A stretch of 64,000 bases of DNA from an uncultured Rhodobacteraceae bacterium (GCA_947499725.1 CANMPK010000004.1:211550-275549), one strand, 5' to 3'. Shown: positions 29,056 through 40,140, counted from the first letter of the stretch. Program-made: numbers and translations. Notes: a model not told the origin generated them from the sequence alone.

Positions 29056-30237
29056 TTAGCGCAGTTTACTGATTGCTTCGGCCATGCGGGACAGGCCTTT
29101 GGTGAGATCTTCGGGGCTATAAGCGAAGGACAGGCGGGCGTGGCCGGGCAGTCCGAAGGCTGCGCCCGGGACGATGGCGACCTGCGCTTTGGCGAGCAGC
29201 CAATCGCAAGCCTCGCCGCAGGTGGCAAAGCCGCCTTTTTGCATGAGCCCTTCGATATTCGGGAAAACGTAGAATGCGCCGTCTGGTTCGGGGCAAGTGA
29301 TGCCTTGCATGGCGTTCAGGCCACCGACGACGAGTTTGCGGCGGCTGTCAAACAGCTCGAGCCGTTCGGCCAAGACAGCGCGATCCCCTGTGAGGGCGGC
29401 CAAGGCTGCGGCTTGCGCGATGGAGCAGGTGCCAGAGGTGATTTGCCCTTGCACAGCGGCCATGGCGCGGATCAGCGGCTCTGGGCCGACGCCCCAGCCG
29501 ATGCGCCAGCCGGTCATCGCCCATGCTTTGGACACGCCGGAGACGATCAGGGTGCGGTCTGCCAGTTCAGGGGCGGCGGCGGTGAAGCTGGTGAATGGCA
29601 CGTAGCTGAGGTGTTCGTAGATTTCATCTGTCAGCACCCAGACGTGCGGGTGTTTGGCCAGTACTTTGGCCAGCGCTTGGATTTCGTCTTTGGTGTAGAT
29701 TGCACCGGATGGATTGGACGGGGTGTTCAGCATCACCCAGCGTGTTTTGGGGGTGATGGCTTGGTCCAGCGCGTCTGGTGTCAGCTTAAAGCCTTGCTCC
29801 ATCGGGCAGGTAATGGTGACGGGCGTGCCCTCGGCCATGGTCACGATGTCGGAATAGGTTGTCCAGTAGGGGGTTGGGATGATGACCTCATCACCTTTGT
29901 TCAGCGTGGCCATCATAGCGCCGGACAGCACTTGTTTGGCGCCGGTAGAGATCAGCACATTGGCGCGCTGGGCGCCGTATTCTTGCGCAACCGCATCGCG
30001 CAACGCGTTGGTGCCTGCGGTGGCGGTATAGCCGGTTTGGCCATCTAGGGCGGCTTGGTGGGCGGCTTGGATCACAAAGTCTGGCGTTGGGAAATCTGGT
30101 GCCCCAGTGGAGAGCGATACAATGTCATGGCCTTCGCTGCGCATTTGCGCGGCGGCTTCGGCGATTTGCACGATCTGGGAAATTTCGATTCCGTCGATGC
30201 GCTGGGCGCGTTGAAACTTTGGGGCTGAATCTAGCAT
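29056..30237 (-). CDS. PLP-dependent class I/II aminotransferase (probable 2-aminoadipate transaminase by context)
   Basis: NTPSNPSG, DEIYEH and VSKAWAMTGWRIG motifs. First gene of the hglS operon. Confidence 0.85.
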   Translation of the reverse strand: MLDSAPKFQRAQRIDGIEISQIVQIAEAAAQMRSEGHDIVSLSTGAPDFPTPDFVIQAAHQAALDGQTGYTATAGTNALRDAVAQEYGAQRANVLISTGAKQVLSGAMMATLNKGDEVIIPTPYWTTYSDIVTMAEGTPVTITCPMEQGFKLTPDALDQAITPKTRWVMLNTPSNPSGAIYTKDEIQALAKVLAKHPHVWVLTDEIYEHLSYVPFTSFTAAAPELADRTLIVSGVSKAWAMTGWRIGWGVGPEPLIRAMAAVQGQITSGTCSIAQAAALAALTGDRAVLAERLELFDSRRKLVVGGLNAMQGITCPEPDGAFYVFPNIEGLMQKGGFATCGEACDWLLAKAQVAIVPGAAFGLPGHARLSFAYSPEDLTKGLSRMAEAISKLR

Positions 30238-30335
30238 GGTGTTCTCCGTCTTGATGGCAGAAGACCGTATTTTTGATTGACAAAAAACTCATGTATTTGT
30301 CATTTAATCATTCATATCATGAATGGATTGAGTGT

Positions 30336-31247
30336 ATGAGCTTGCAAGATCGATTGCCGTCTTTGGCTGTGATGCGCTGTTTTGAGGCGGCGGCGCAGTA
30401 TCAAAGCTATACGGGCGCTGCCGAGGTGCTGAACCTGACGCAAAGCGCGGTGAGCCGGCAGGTGAAAGAGTTGGAAGACTATGTTGGTGCGCCGTTGTTT
30501 CGTCGTGAAGGGCGCGGGGTGCGGTTGACCGAGGCAGGGAAGGCTTTGGCGGATGAGCTCTCCGGCGATTTGGATCGGTTGCGGCGCACGTTGAACCATG
30601 CGGTGGCGGCGGGCTCTGGTCCGAAGGCTTTGACGATTGGTGCGCCGCCGACCTTTGCGGCGCGGTGGCTCGTGCCGAAGCTGCCGTCGTTCCGTGCGTT
30701 GCATGATGAGGTGCAGTTGGTGCTGTATAGTCGGTCGGAACCGTTTGATTTGATTTCAGAAAAAGTGGATGTGGCGGTGCATTTCGGGGGCTGGGATTGG
30801 CCCGGTGCGCAGTTAACGCCGTTGTGTCCTGAAGATTTGGTGGCCGTGGCCGCGCCGCAATTGGTGACGCAACATCCGATTGAGGGGCCAGAGGATATTC
30901 TAGGGATGCCTTTGCTGCATCTGACCTCTCGGGCGTATTTATGGGAGCAGTTTGCCAAGACGCAGGGGCAGGCGTTTGCGGGGCGGCAAGGCTGTACCTT
31001 TGATCAGATCAGTCTGGTGATTGAAGCGGCGGCTGTCGGCATGGGGGCGGCGATTTTGCCGACCTATTTGATTGAACAAGAGCTGGCCGCAGGGAAGTTG
31101 ACGAAGCTTGCCGATGTGACCAGCAACAGCGCCAATAGCTATTTCGTGGCGACGCCCATGGGGCAATCGACTGAGCTGACGCATTCTTTTACGGCTTGGC
31201 TGCGCAAGCAGGTGGTGCGGCGGGATGGCGGCGAAACGATTGTGTGA
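30336..31247 (+). CDS. LysR-family regulator (GcvA-like), divergent from the aminoadipate operon
   Basis: HTH SYTGAAEVLNLTQSAVSRQVKELE. Start MSLQDRLPS at 30336. Confidence 0.9.
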   Translation: MSLQDRLPSLAVMRCFEAAAQYQSYTGAAEVLNLTQSAVSRQVKELEDYVGAPLFRREGRGVRLTEAGKALADELSGDLDRLRRTLNHAVAAGSGPKALTIGAPPTFAARWLVPKLPSFRALHDEVQLVLYSRSEPFDLISEKVDVAVHFGGWDWPGAQLTPLCPEDLVAVAAPQLVTQHPIEGPEDILGMPLLHLTSRAYLWEQFAKTQGQAFAGRQGCTFDQISLVIEAAAVGMGAAILPTYLIEQELAAGKLTKLADVTSNSANSYFVATPMGQSTELTHSFTAWLRKQVVRRDGGETIV

Positions 31248-31369
31248 AGGCGCGGTTGGTTGCCGCCTAACATGAATCAAAGTAATAATGACCTGCAAGA
31301 ACAATCATTTTACCTCATGTTTTGATTGCGCTATACGGCCCCATTGAATTTCTGGCCGGAAGAAGACCT

Positions 31370-32422
31370 ATGCTTGACCTGACATTGCCGAAATCCTCCA
31401 CTTGGGAGACTCTGCAGCAGATTGCGGCAGAGCGTATCCTGATCATGGATGGTGCTATGGGCACGATGATTCAGACGCTGAATATGTCTGAAGAGGATTT
31501 TACAGCAAAGGGCCATATTCATGGGCCGGGCTGCCGACATCATTATCACCCAGATCACCCGCAGCAGGGTAACAATGACCTGTTGGTTCTGACGCAGCCA
31601 AAAGCGGTTGAGGACATTCAGTTCGAGTTTGCCATGGCCGGTGCGGATATTCTGGAAACCAATACGTTTTCGTCCACCACAATCGCACAGGCGGATTATG
31701 GTCTGGAAGAGGCTGTGCATGATCTGAACGTGGCTGGTGCGCAGGTTGCGCGGCGTGCGGCGGATCGTGCGACAGCGGAAGATGGTAAGCCTCGGTTCGT
31801 GGCGGGGGCTGTTGGCCCGACGAACCGAACCGCATCGATCAGCCCTGATGTGAACGACCCAGGATACCGCGCGGTGAGCTTTGATGATTTGCGGATTGCT
31901 TATGGGCAGCAGATCGACGGTTTGATCGCGGGTGGTGCGGATTTGATTTTGGTTGAGACCATCTTTGATACTTTGAACGCAAAGGCCGCGATTTTTGCAG
32001 CGTTTGAAAGCTTTGCGAAGGTGGGGCAGCGTTTGCCGTTGATGATTTCTGGCACGATTACGGATGCCTCTGGGCGCACGTTGTCTGGCCAAACACCAAC
32101 TGCATTTTGGCATTCGGTTGCTCATGCGAACCCCTTCTCTGTGGGTTTGAATTGCGCTTTGGGTGCTGCGCCGATGCGTCCGCATATGTCCGAGATTTCC
32201 AATGTTGCGAACACGTTGACCAGTGCTTACCCGAACGCAGGCCTGCCAAATGAATTTGGCGAATATGATGAGACACCTGATCAAACAGCTTCTCAGCTTG
32301 AAGAGTTCGTGAAGGACGGTTTGTTGAACATTGTTGGCGGGTGCTGTGGCACGACGCCTGAACATATCCGCGCAATTGCTGAAGCTGTTGCGCCGTTTGA
32401 GCCACGTAAGGTGCCATCATGA
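31370..32422 (+). CDS. metH: Homocysteine-binding (S-methyltransferase) module of a split cobalamin-dependent methionine synthase
   Basis: MDGAMGT, ETNTF, GLNCALG and GGCCGT Zn-ligand motifs. Stop overlaps the next start (ATGA). Confidence 0.9.
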   Translation: MLDLTLPKSSTWETLQQIAAERILIMDGAMGTMIQTLNMSEEDFTAKGHIHGPGCRHHYHPDHPQQGNNDLLVLTQPKAVEDIQFEFAMAGADILETNTFSSTTIAQADYGLEEAVHDLNVAGAQVARRAADRATAEDGKPRFVAGAVGPTNRTASISPDVNDPGYRAVSFDDLRIAYGQQIDGLIAGGADLILVETIFDTLNAKAAIFAAFESFAKVGQRLPLMISGTITDASGRTLSGQTPTAFWHSVAHANPFSVGLNCALGAAPMRPHMSEISNVANTLTSAYPNAGLPNEFGEYDETPDQTASQLEEFVKDGLLNIVGGCCGTTPEHIRAIAEAVAPFEPRKVPS

Positions 32423-35148
32423 CCCGTTATCTTCGCCTGTCTGGCCTTGAGCCGTTTGTTCTGACCCCTGACATTCCGTTTGTGAACGTTGGGGAACGTA
32501 CCAATGTGACCGGCTCTGCGCGGTTCCGTAAGTTGGTTGTAAACCGTGACTATGCGACCGCGCTGGATGTGGCGCGCGATCAGGTGGAAAACGGCGCGCA
32601 GATCATTGACGTGAACATGGATGAGGGTCTGATCGACAGTAAACAGGCGATGGTGGAATACCTGAACCTGATTGCGTCAGAGCCTGATATTGCTCGTGTG
32701 CCGATCATGATCGACTCTTCCAAATGGGAGGTGATCGAGGCTGGTCTGCAATGTGTGCAGGGTAAGTCTGTTGTGAACTCGATCAGCTTGAAAGAGGGCG
32801 AAGAGCAGTTCCGTCACCACGCTGGCCTGTGCATGGCCTATGGTGCGGCGGTTGTTGTGATGGCTTTTGACGAAAAGGGCCAAGCGGATACGTTTGAGCG
32901 TAAGACTGAGATCTGTGCGCGCGCGTATCGGATTTTGGTGGATGAGATGGGCTTCCCGCCGGAAGATATCATCTTTGATCCAAACGTCTTTGCGGTTGCG
33001 ACTGGTATTGAAGAACACGACAACTACGGTGTTGATTTCATTGAAGCCACGCGCTGGATTCGTGAAAACTTGCCTTATGCGCACGTGTCGGGCGGTGTGT
33101 CGAACCTGTCGTTTAGTTTCCGTGGCAACGAGCCTGTGCGCGAAGCGATGCACGCGGTGTTCCTGTATCACGCCATTAAGGTTGGCATGGATATGGGCAT
33201 CGTGAATGCGGGCCAGTTGGCGGTGTATGACCAGATCGATGCAGAGCTGCGCGAGGCTTGCGAAGATGTGGTGTTGAACCGTAAGCCGCAGAATGGCGGC
33301 AATGCGACGGAGAACCTGCTGGAGATTGCCGAAAAATTCCGCGGCGATAAGCGCGAAGAAAAAGTGCGTGATTTGGCGTGGCGTGAATGGACCGTTGAAA
33401 AGCGTCTTGAGCATGCTTTGGTCAACGGCATCACTGAATTCATCGAAGCGGATACTGAAGAGGCGCGTCAAGCGGCGGAGCGTCCGTTGCATGTGATCGA
33501 AGGCCCTCTGATGGCGGGTATGAACGTTGTCGGTGATCTGTTCGGCGCCGGTAAGATGTTCCTGCCGCAGGTGGTGAAATCTGCCCGCGTTATGAAACAG
33601 GCTGTAGCGGTTCTTTTGCCTTACATGGAAGAAGAAAAGCGCCTGTCTGGTGGCGATGGCCGCCAATCTGCCGGTAAGATCCTGATGGCGACGGTGAAAG
33701 GCGATGTGCATGACATCGGCAAGAACATCGTTGGTGTGGTTCTGGCCTGTAACAACTACGAGATCGTTGATCTTGGCGTGATGGTGCAGCCGCAAGAGAT
33801 CTTGAAGGTCGCGCGTGAAGAGAACGTGGATATTATCGGTCTGTCTGGCCTGATCACCCCGTCTTTGGATGAGATGGTGCATCTGGCGTCTGAGATGGAG
33901 CGGGAAGGCTTTGATATTCCGCTGCTGATTGGTGGTGCGACCACGTCGAAAGTCCACACAGCCGTTAAGATCGCGCCGCGTTATAACCGCGGTCAGGCGA
34001 TTTATGTGACTGATGCCAGCCGTGCGGTGGGTGTTGTTGGCGCTTTGCTGAGCGAAGAGCAGAAGCCAGAGTATGTCGCGAAGATCAAAGCGGAATATGA
34101 TGACGTCGCTGAAAAGCACGAGCGCAGTGAGCGGGCGAAGAACCGACTGCCCGTGGCCAAGGCGCGTGCGAATGCGTTGAAGCTGGATTGGGACGATTAC
34201 ACGCCAGCGGCTCCGTCCTTTATGGGCACGCGGGTTTTGCCGGATTGGGATTTGGCAGAGATTGCGAAATACATCGACTGGACGCCTTTCTTCCAGACAT
34301 GGGAATTGCGCGGCGTCTATCCGAAGATTTTGGATGACGAAAAGCAAGGCGAGGCTGCGCGGTCTTTGTTTGCCGATGCGCAGGACATGTTGAAGAAGAT
34401 CATTGATGAGAAGTGGTTCACGCCGCGCGCTGTTGTGGGCTTCTGGCCTGCGAATGCGGTGGGCGACGATATCCGCCTGTTCACGGGTGAAGATCGCAAC
34501 GAAACGCTGGCCATGATGCACACCTTGCGTCAGCAAACCGCGAAACGTGGCGATCGTCCGAACTTGGCCTTGTCAGATTTCGTGGTGCCGGAAGGCAAAG
34601 GCGCAGATTATCTGGGCGGTTTTGTTGTAACAGCAGGCCCTGAAGAGATCGAGATTGCGGATCGTTTGGATGCAGCCAATGACAACTATGGCTCGATCAT
34701 GGTGAAGGCCTTGGCGGATCGTTTTGCGGAAGCCTTGGCCGAGATGGTGCACGAGCATGTGCGCCGTGAGCATTGGGGCTATGCGGCGGATGAAGCCTAT
34801 GATCCACAGGATTTGATTGCGGAGCCTTATAAGGGCATTCGCCCCGCGCCGGGTTATCCTGCGCAGCCGGATCACACGGAAAAACGGACGTTGTTCGAAC
34901 TGCTGAATGCGGAAGAAGCAACCGGTGTGACGCTGACGGAAAGCATGGCGATGTGGCCGGGCTCTTCTGTGTCTGGTCTCTATTTTGGTCACCCAGAGAG
35001 CTATTACTTTGGCGTGGGTAAGGTCGAGCGCGATCAGGTCGAAGACTATGCAGATCGTAAGGGCATGAGCGTCGAAGAAGCTGAACGTTGGTTGGCGCCT
35101 GTTCTGAACTACATCCCAAAGGGCGCAAAGGCAGTTGAGCCGGCCTAA
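32419..35148 (+). CDS. metH: Methionine synthase pterin-binding + B12-binding + reactivation modules
   Basis: [29 protein letters not shown] and [12 protein letters not shown] motifs. Confidence 0.95.
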   Translation: MTRYLRLSGLEPFVLTPDIPFVNVGERTNVTGSARFRKLVVNRDYATALDVARDQVENGAQIIDVNMDEGLIDSKQAMVEYLNLIASEPDIARVPIMIDSSKWEVIEAGLQCVQGKSVVNSISLKEGEEQFRHHAGLCMAYGAAVVVMAFDEKGQADTFERKTEICARAYRILVDEMGFPPEDIIFDPNVFAVATGIEEHDNYGVDFIEATRWIRENLPYAHVSGGVSNLSFSFRGNEPVREAMHAVFLYHAIKVGMDMGIVNAGQLAVYDQIDAELREACEDVVLNRKPQNGGNATENLLEIAEKFRGDKREEKVRDLAWREWTVEKRLEHALVNGITEFIEADTEEARQAAERPLHVIEGPLMAGMNVVGDLFGAGKMFLPQVVKSARVMKQAVAVLLPYMEEEKRLSGGDGRQSAGKILMATVKGDVHDIGKNIVGVVLACNNYEIVDLGVMVQPQEILKVAREENVDIIGLSGLITPSLDEMVHLASEMEREGFDIPLLIGGATTSKVHTAVKIAPRYNRGQAIYVTDASRAVGVVGALLSEEQKPEYVAKIKAEYDDVAEKHERSERAKNRLPVAKARANALKLDWDDYTPAAPSFMGTRVLPDWDLAEIAKYIDWTPFFQTWELRGVYPKILDDEKQGEAARSLFADAQDMLKKIIDEKWFTPRAVVGFWPANAVGDDIRLFTGEDRNETLAMMHTLRQQTAKRGDRPNLALSDFVVPEGKGADYLGGFVVTAGPEEIEIADRLDAANDNYGSIMVKALADRFAEALAEMVHEHVRREHWGYAADEAYDPQDLIAEPYKGIRPAPGYPAQPDHTEKRTLFELLNAEEATGVTLTESMAMWPGSSVSGLYFGHPESYYFGVGKVERDQVEDYADRKGMSVEEAERWLAPVLNYIPKGAKAVEPA

Positions 35149-35178
35149 GCTTTGCACCTGCCTTAGCGGCGCTGCTGA

Positions 35179-36108
35179 TCAGTCCTGTTGAGGAACGATC
35201 AGTTTCGCGCCTGCTGGGCTGTCAAAATAGGATACGCAGGCCTCGATGAAGGCCTGTAGCAATCTGCGTTTTGGCCCTGGGGCTGTTCCGATTGAGATCG
35301 TTAAACCGTGGGCGGCCTCTGCCAGTGGCACGCAGGCTGTAGCGCCTTCGGCATAGGCTGGGGTGTTGCCGGGGCGCATGTTCAATAGGGATACGCCTGT
35401 CCCAGCCGCCACGAGCGAACGCGCCATTTCTGTTGAATTGGTCGTGGCGACAATGTTGAAATCCTCTCCGGTCTTTTCGAGAAGTTCCATGTAGTAGGTG
35501 CGTGCGGCGGGGCGATCGAGCAGGACCAGCGGTTCTTGCAGAACGCGATCCATGGAAACCGATTTGCCCTGTGCAATGGGGTGATCTTTGGGGCAGAGGC
35601 AATAAGTCGGCGCGAAGATCAGGGGCAGGGTCTCGATTTGCGGGTTTGGTAGTTCTTCGACAAACAAGATCACATCGCTGTTGCCGTTCAAAAGCCCTTC
35701 TTGCACGGCGCTGTTGTCGCCATCGACAAAGGCCAAAGTGAAATCAGGGCTTGTTTCGCGGAGCTTTGCGGTGATGGCAGGCAAGAAGGCTGGCGCAATT
35801 GGTGCATTATATCCGATGGTGAGCGTGCCTGAGAGGCCTGACTGAAGGTCGGAGACATCGGTCATCATGGAATCGTAGCGTTCCAGCAGATCGTCGATGC
35901 GGCGCAAGACATCTCGACCCGCTGATGTCGGGTAGATGCCCTTGGAGCGTGCGCGTGTGACCAGCGCAATGCCAAAGGTTTCCTCGGCTTGGCCAAGTGC
36001 TGTGGCAATCGCAGAAGGGGCGACGTTCATGGCTTCGCCAGCGGCAGAAATATTGCCTAGGCGAATGGCCGTTTGGACGTAGCGCATGGCGCGTAGGGTG
36101 AGGGGCAT
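35179..36108 (-). CDS. LysR-family transcriptional regulator
   Basis: N-terminal HTH GNISAAGEAMNVAPSAIATAL, ~309 aa. Divergent from the GcvT-family gene. Confidence 0.85.
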   Translation of the reverse strand: MPLTLRAMRYVQTAIRLGNISAAGEAMNVAPSAIATALGQAEETFGIALVTRARSKGIYPTSAGRDVLRRIDDLLERYDSMMTDVSDLQSGLSGTLTIGYNAPIAPAFLPAITAKLRETSPDFTLAFVDGDNSAVQEGLLNGNSDVILFVEELPNPQIETLPLIFAPTYCLCPKDHPIAQGKSVSMDRVLQEPLVLLDRPAARTYYMELLEKTGEDFNIVATTNSTEMARSLVAAGTGVSLLNMRPGNTPAYAEGATACVPLAEAAHGLTISIGTAPGPKRRLLQAFIEACVSYFDSPAGAKLIVPQQD

Positions 36109-36214
36109 GGTGTAAGCTCTGATTTTTAGATTTTATTTCTCTATTAAATCAGTTTTTCAAAGCAAATCAAATTTGTCATGCTGCTCTCGACATATTCCCA
36201 AAGGAGAGCTTGCT

Positions 36215-38650
36215 ATGAAAACCCGCACCAAAGTTGCCGTGATTGGTGGTGGCATTGCCGGTTGTTCAACCCTGTATCATCTGACCGAAGAGGGTTGGTC
36301 CGATGTGGTTTTGATTGAGCGCGATGAGCTGACAAGCGGCACCACTTGGCACTCGGCGGCGCAGGTGACGAATTTCGGAATGAACCAGACGATGGTGGGG
36401 CTGAAATCGCATTCGATTGCGTTGTACAAGAAGCTGCGTGATGATCCTGAATACCCTGTTGGCTACCACCATGGGGATGGGGGCATTCGTTTGGCCAACA
36501 CCGAAGAGCAGATGAGAGCCTATCGTCACTTTGCCTCTATGGGGCGTGGCATGGGTGTTGAGTTTGAGGTTTTGGATGCTGAGGAATGCGCGCGCCGCCA
36601 TCCTTTGATTTCGACTGATAACTTGCTTGGCGGGCTTTGGGATGGCGCCGATGGGGATATTGATCCGGCGCAGCTGTGTCAGGCGCTGGCCTTTCATGCG
36701 CGTAAGGCAGGGGCCGAGGTGTATCGCAACACATCCGTGACGCGCCTGACGCAACATCGCGATGAGACTTGGACAGTGCACACCGATCAGGGTGATATCG
36801 ATGCTGATATCGTGGTGAATGCCTGCGGGTACCGCGTGAATGAGGTTGGCGCGATGATGGGGGTACACCACCCTGTTGCGTCGATGGAGCACCAATATTT
36901 CGTCACCGAAGACATCCCAGCCATTGCAGAGGCGGGCCACAGAATGCCGCTGCTGCGTTGCCCGATCAGCGACTATTACTCGCGCCAAGAAAAAGGCGGG
37001 TTGCTTGTCGGCTTTTATGAGCAGGATTGTAAGACTTGGGGGATGGATGGGATCAGCCCAGATTTTTCAAACGATCTGTGCCCAGATGATCTGGACCGTG
37101 TGATGGATGTGCTGGAGGGGGCGTTCGAGCGGATGCCTGTTTTGGCAGATGTTGGCATTAAGCGGGTTGTGAATGGGCCGATTACCTACACCATCGATGG
37201 CGCGCCTTTGGTTGGGCCGATCCCAGGCAAGCGCAATGCGTTCTGCATTATCGGATTGCGTGCCGGCCTTGGGGAAGGTGGCGGCTTGGGTTGGCTGCTG
37301 GCGCAACAGATTGTGCATGGAGAAGCCTGCTATGACCCTTGGGTGATCGATCCGCGTCGTTTCACGGGCCATACCAACGTCGAGCTGACGGCGCTGAAAG
37401 CGATTGAGGACTATCAAAACGAATTCCGTTTCCATTTCCCGCATGAGCACCGTCCGGCGGGGCGGCCAGCCAAGACCACGCCTTTGACGCCTGTTTTGGC
37501 GGCAGAGGGCGCAGAGTTTACCGTGGTGAATGGATGGGAGCGTGTGGACTACATTAAGCCTTCTGCGGAGTTTCATCCGACGCTGACGTTCAATTTTGAC
37601 GAGGCTTTCGACATCATCGGTGCGGAAGTGAAAAACGTGCAAGAGAATGTTGGGCTTTGCGAAGTGAACGGTTTCAACCGGTTTGAGATCACAGGCAAGG
37701 ATCGCATTAGCTTCCTAGACCGCATGTTCTGCGGAAACGTGACCAAACGCGCTGGGCGCGTTGGGCTCGGCTATTTGCTGAACGAGCACGGTATGGTGAA
37801 GGGGGAGGCGACGGTTGCCAACCTGCCTGCCAGCGATCGGGGGCCAGATCGAACTTGGTATGGCTCTGCGGCGGCTGCGGAATTCCATGACATGGATTGG
37901 CTTTCCTCGCATCTGACCGAGGATGAGGATGTTCAGATCAAGAGTTTGACCAACGATCAAACGATCCTTGTGCTGGCTGGGGCGAAAGCGCGGGATGTTC
38001 TGTCGGCTTGTTCGCGTGAGGATTGGTCTAAAGAGGCGTTCCCTTGGTTGAGTGTTCGGGAGTGCTTTATCGGGTTCTCTCCGGCAACCGTTTTGGGTGT
38101 GAGTTTCTCGGGTGAATTGGCTTATGAAATCCATGTGCCCAATGCCTCGCTTTATGCGGTTTATCTGGCTCTGCGTGAGGCTGGAGAGGCCCATGGTTTG
38201 AAGCTGTTTGGCGCGCGTGCGGTGGATTCAATGCGTGTGGAAAAAGGGTTTATGCATTGGAAAGCAGATTTGCTGACCGAGTTTGATCCTTTTGAGACGT
38301 CATTGGATCGCTTTGTGAAGCTTGAGAAGGAAAGCTTTGTTGGGAAAGAGGCGCTGTTGAAACGACAGCAAGCCGGTTTGACCAAAAAGCTTGTGACTTT
38401 GAGGGTCGATACAACGATTGCGCCTGCGCATGGCGGGGCTTCGGTTATGTTGAATGACAAGGTTGTCGGCACCGTGACGTCTGGTGAATGGGGGTATCGG
38501 GTTGGGATGAACCTAGCCTATGCCTTTGTTGATCCAGAGCTTGCCGTGGTCGGCGTTGAAATGCAGGTGGATCTCTGTGGGGAATTGGTTGGTGTCGAGG
38601 TTATCGCACCTTCACCTTACGATCCGAGCTATGCGCTGATGCGTGTGTGA
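36215..38650 (+). CDS. Dimethylglycine/sarcosine dehydrogenase-like FAD oxidoreductase with GcvT (THF-binding) domains
   Basis: VIGGGIAG, TSGTTWHSAA, NGPITYT, ELAYEIH and SMRVEKG motifs. AAGGAG RBS before ATG 36215. Confidence 0.9.
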   Translation: MKTRTKVAVIGGGIAGCSTLYHLTEEGWSDVVLIERDELTSGTTWHSAAQVTNFGMNQTMVGLKSHSIALYKKLRDDPEYPVGYHHGDGGIRLANTEEQMRAYRHFASMGRGMGVEFEVLDAEECARRHPLISTDNLLGGLWDGADGDIDPAQLCQALAFHARKAGAEVYRNTSVTRLTQHRDETWTVHTDQGDIDADIVVNACGYRVNEVGAMMGVHHPVASMEHQYFVTEDIPAIAEAGHRMPLLRCPISDYYSRQEKGGLLVGFYEQDCKTWGMDGISPDFSNDLCPDDLDRVMDVLEGAFERMPVLADVGIKRVVNGPITYTIDGAPLVGPIPGKRNAFCIIGLRAGLGEGGGLGWLLAQQIVHGEACYDPWVIDPRRFTGHTNVELTALKAIEDYQNEFRFHFPHEHRPAGRPAKTTPLTPVLAAEGAEFTVVNGWERVDYIKPSAEFHPTLTFNFDEAFDIIGAEVKNVQENVGLCEVNGFNRFEITGKDRISFLDRMFCGNVTKRAGRVGLGYLLNEHGMVKGEATVANLPASDRGPDRTWYGSAAAAEFHDMDWLSSHLTEDEDVQIKSLTNDQTILVLAGAKARDVLSACSREDWSKEAFPWLSVRECFIGFSPATVLGVSFSGELAYEIHVPNASLYAVYLALREAGEAHGLKLFGARAVDSMRVEKGFMHWKADLLTEFDPFETSLDRFVKLEKESFVGKEALLKRQQAGLTKKLVTLRVDTTIAPAHGGASVMLNDKVVGTVTSGEWGYRVGMNLAYAFVDPELAVVGVEMQVDLCGELVGVEVIAPSPYDPSYALMRV

Positions 38651-38665
38651 TCGAGCTTAAACGCA

Positions 38666-38691
38666 TTCGGGAGCCCGCTTGGGCTCCCGAA
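38666..38691. terminator. Hairpin between convergent genes, probable bidirectional terminator
   Basis: TTCGGGAGCCC-GCTT-GGGCTCCCGAA, perfect 11-bp stem. Confidence 0.7.
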
Positions 38692-38718
38692 ACGAGTTTG
38701 TAGCTTTAGAAGTAGAGG

Positions 38719-40140
38719 TTACTTCTCTGGGGTTGGCCAAGCTTTTGGGTCAAGATCCAAATCCTTGAACTTCTCAACGCTCAGGACTGGGCGATCAACG
38801 CCTTCTTTCAGCTGTGCGCGGAAGTCTTGCAGGATGCGTCGTGCAATCGGGAAGAGCATCATGATTGCGATCAAGTTGACCACGGCTAGAACGCCCATCA
38901 TTGGATCTGAGAAGAAGAAGACCGCTGTTGCATTCGGAGCAATCGCGCCGAGCAAGATCACACCCATCACCAGCACACGCAGGCCAGTAATGGCGAGCGG
39001 GCTTTTGGAGAGGAATGTGATCGCGTTTTCACCCAGATAGTAGTTGTAGATGATGGAGCTGAACGCAAACAGCAGGATCGCGAAGGTCAGGAAGTACTGT
39101 GTCCATTCACCTAGGTGCGCGACCATGGATTGCTGTGTCAGCGCGACACCGTCAACATTTTCTGCGCCCGGTACATAGACGTCGCCCAACAGGATAACAA
39201 AGGCAGTACAAGAGCAGATCAGGATCGTGTCGATAAAGACAGAGAATGCCTGCGTGATGCCTTGGCTGATTGGGTGACGCACGGTTGCTGTCGCAGCAAC
39301 GTTCGGTGCAGAGCCCAAGCCCGCTTCGTTGGAGAACAGGCCGCGGCGCAGACCCTGCGCGATTGCGGCGCCCATGCCGCCGCCAACAGCTTCTTCCAAG
39401 CCGAAGGCGTTGTTAACGATGGAAGAGAAAACAGCCGGAACTTGGCCAATGTTCATGATGATCACGATGATCGCCAGCGCCAGATACCCCAGAGCCATCA
39501 CTGGTACGACAACATCAGCCGCTTTTGCGATGCGGTGAATCCCGCCAAATACGATAAAGCCGGTGATCGCTGTCAGGAACAGACCTGTCCACAGGCGGTC
39601 GATGCCAAGGCTGTCGTAGGCTGCGCCAGCAACTGTGTTGCCTTGGAAGGCGTTAAAACCGATGCCGAAGGCGGCGATCAGACAGATGGCGTATGTCACA
39701 GCCAACCAGCGGTAGTCAGAGCCGAGACCGTGAATGATCGCGCGCGCTGGGCCGCCGCGGAAGGCGCCATTTGGTTCAGCGCGTTTGAACAGCTGAGCCA
39801 CAGAACATTCAACAAGGCTTGTTGCCATGCCGACAATCGCAATCGCCCACATCCAGAAGACAGCACCTGGGCCACCCAAGGTGATCGCAACCGCAACGCC
39901 TGCGATGTTACCACCGCCGACACGACCGCCGACAGAGATCATAAGAGCTTCGCGTGCAGAGATCTTGTTTGGATCCGCTTCGCGCTTGGTCAGCACGCGG
40001 AACATGCGGCCAAAGAACTGGAACTGAACAAAGCCAGTCGCGATTGTGATAAATACGCCAAATACGACGAGGATTGGGATCAGCGCCCATCCCCATGTGA
40101 GATCACCGATGATCCCAAAAAAACTTTCTAGAAAACCCAT
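38719..40140 (-). CDS. Alanine/glycine:cation symporter (AGCS family) amino acid carrier
   Basis: GRVGGGNIAGVA, GGPGAVFWMW and RRGLFSNEAGLGSAP motifs. Confidence 0.92.
   Translation of the reverse strand: MGFLESFFGIIGDLTWGWALIPILVVFGVFITIATGFVQFQFFGRMFRVLTKREADPNKISAREALMISVGGRVGGGNIAGVAVAITLGGPGAVFWMWAIAIVGMATSLVECSVAQLFKRAEPNGAFRGGPARAIIHGLGSDYRWLAVTYAICLIAAFGIGFNAFQGNTVAGAAYDSLGIDRLWTGLFLTAITGFIVFGGIHRIAKAADVVVPVMALGYLALAIIVIIMNIGQVPAVFSSIVNNAFGLEEAVGGGMGAAIAQGLRRGLFSNEAGLGSAPNVAATATVRHPISQGITQAFSVFIDTILICSCTAFVILLGDVYVPGAENVDGVALTQQSMVAHLGEWTQYFLTFAILLFAFSSIIYNYYLGENAITFLSKSPLAITGLRVLVMGVILLGAIAPNATAVFFFSDPMMGVLAVVNLIAIMMLFPIARRILQDFRAQLKEGVDRPVLSVEKFKDLDLDPKAWPTPEK

Noticed and set aside
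30291-30322. LysR boxes (ATG-N7-CAT and TCAT-N7-ATGA here; TCT-N7-AGA at 36118-36130)
   Set aside because: Plausible from position, but 3-4 bp dyads in AT-rich DNA are too short to support as features.
31248-31369. Cobalamin or SAM riboswitch upstream of metH
   Set aside because: The gap is only ~120 bp and AT-rich with no riboswitch core motifs. An imperfect inverted repeat (AACATGA...TCATGTT) is present but could not be assigned.
32677-34536. 619-aa antisense ORF, and similar long antisense ORFs such as 11954-13066, 9902-10852, 31331-32365 and 7020-8033
   Set aside because: They lie opposite clearly recognisable genes and show no motifs. Long shadow frames are expected in GC-rich coding DNA.
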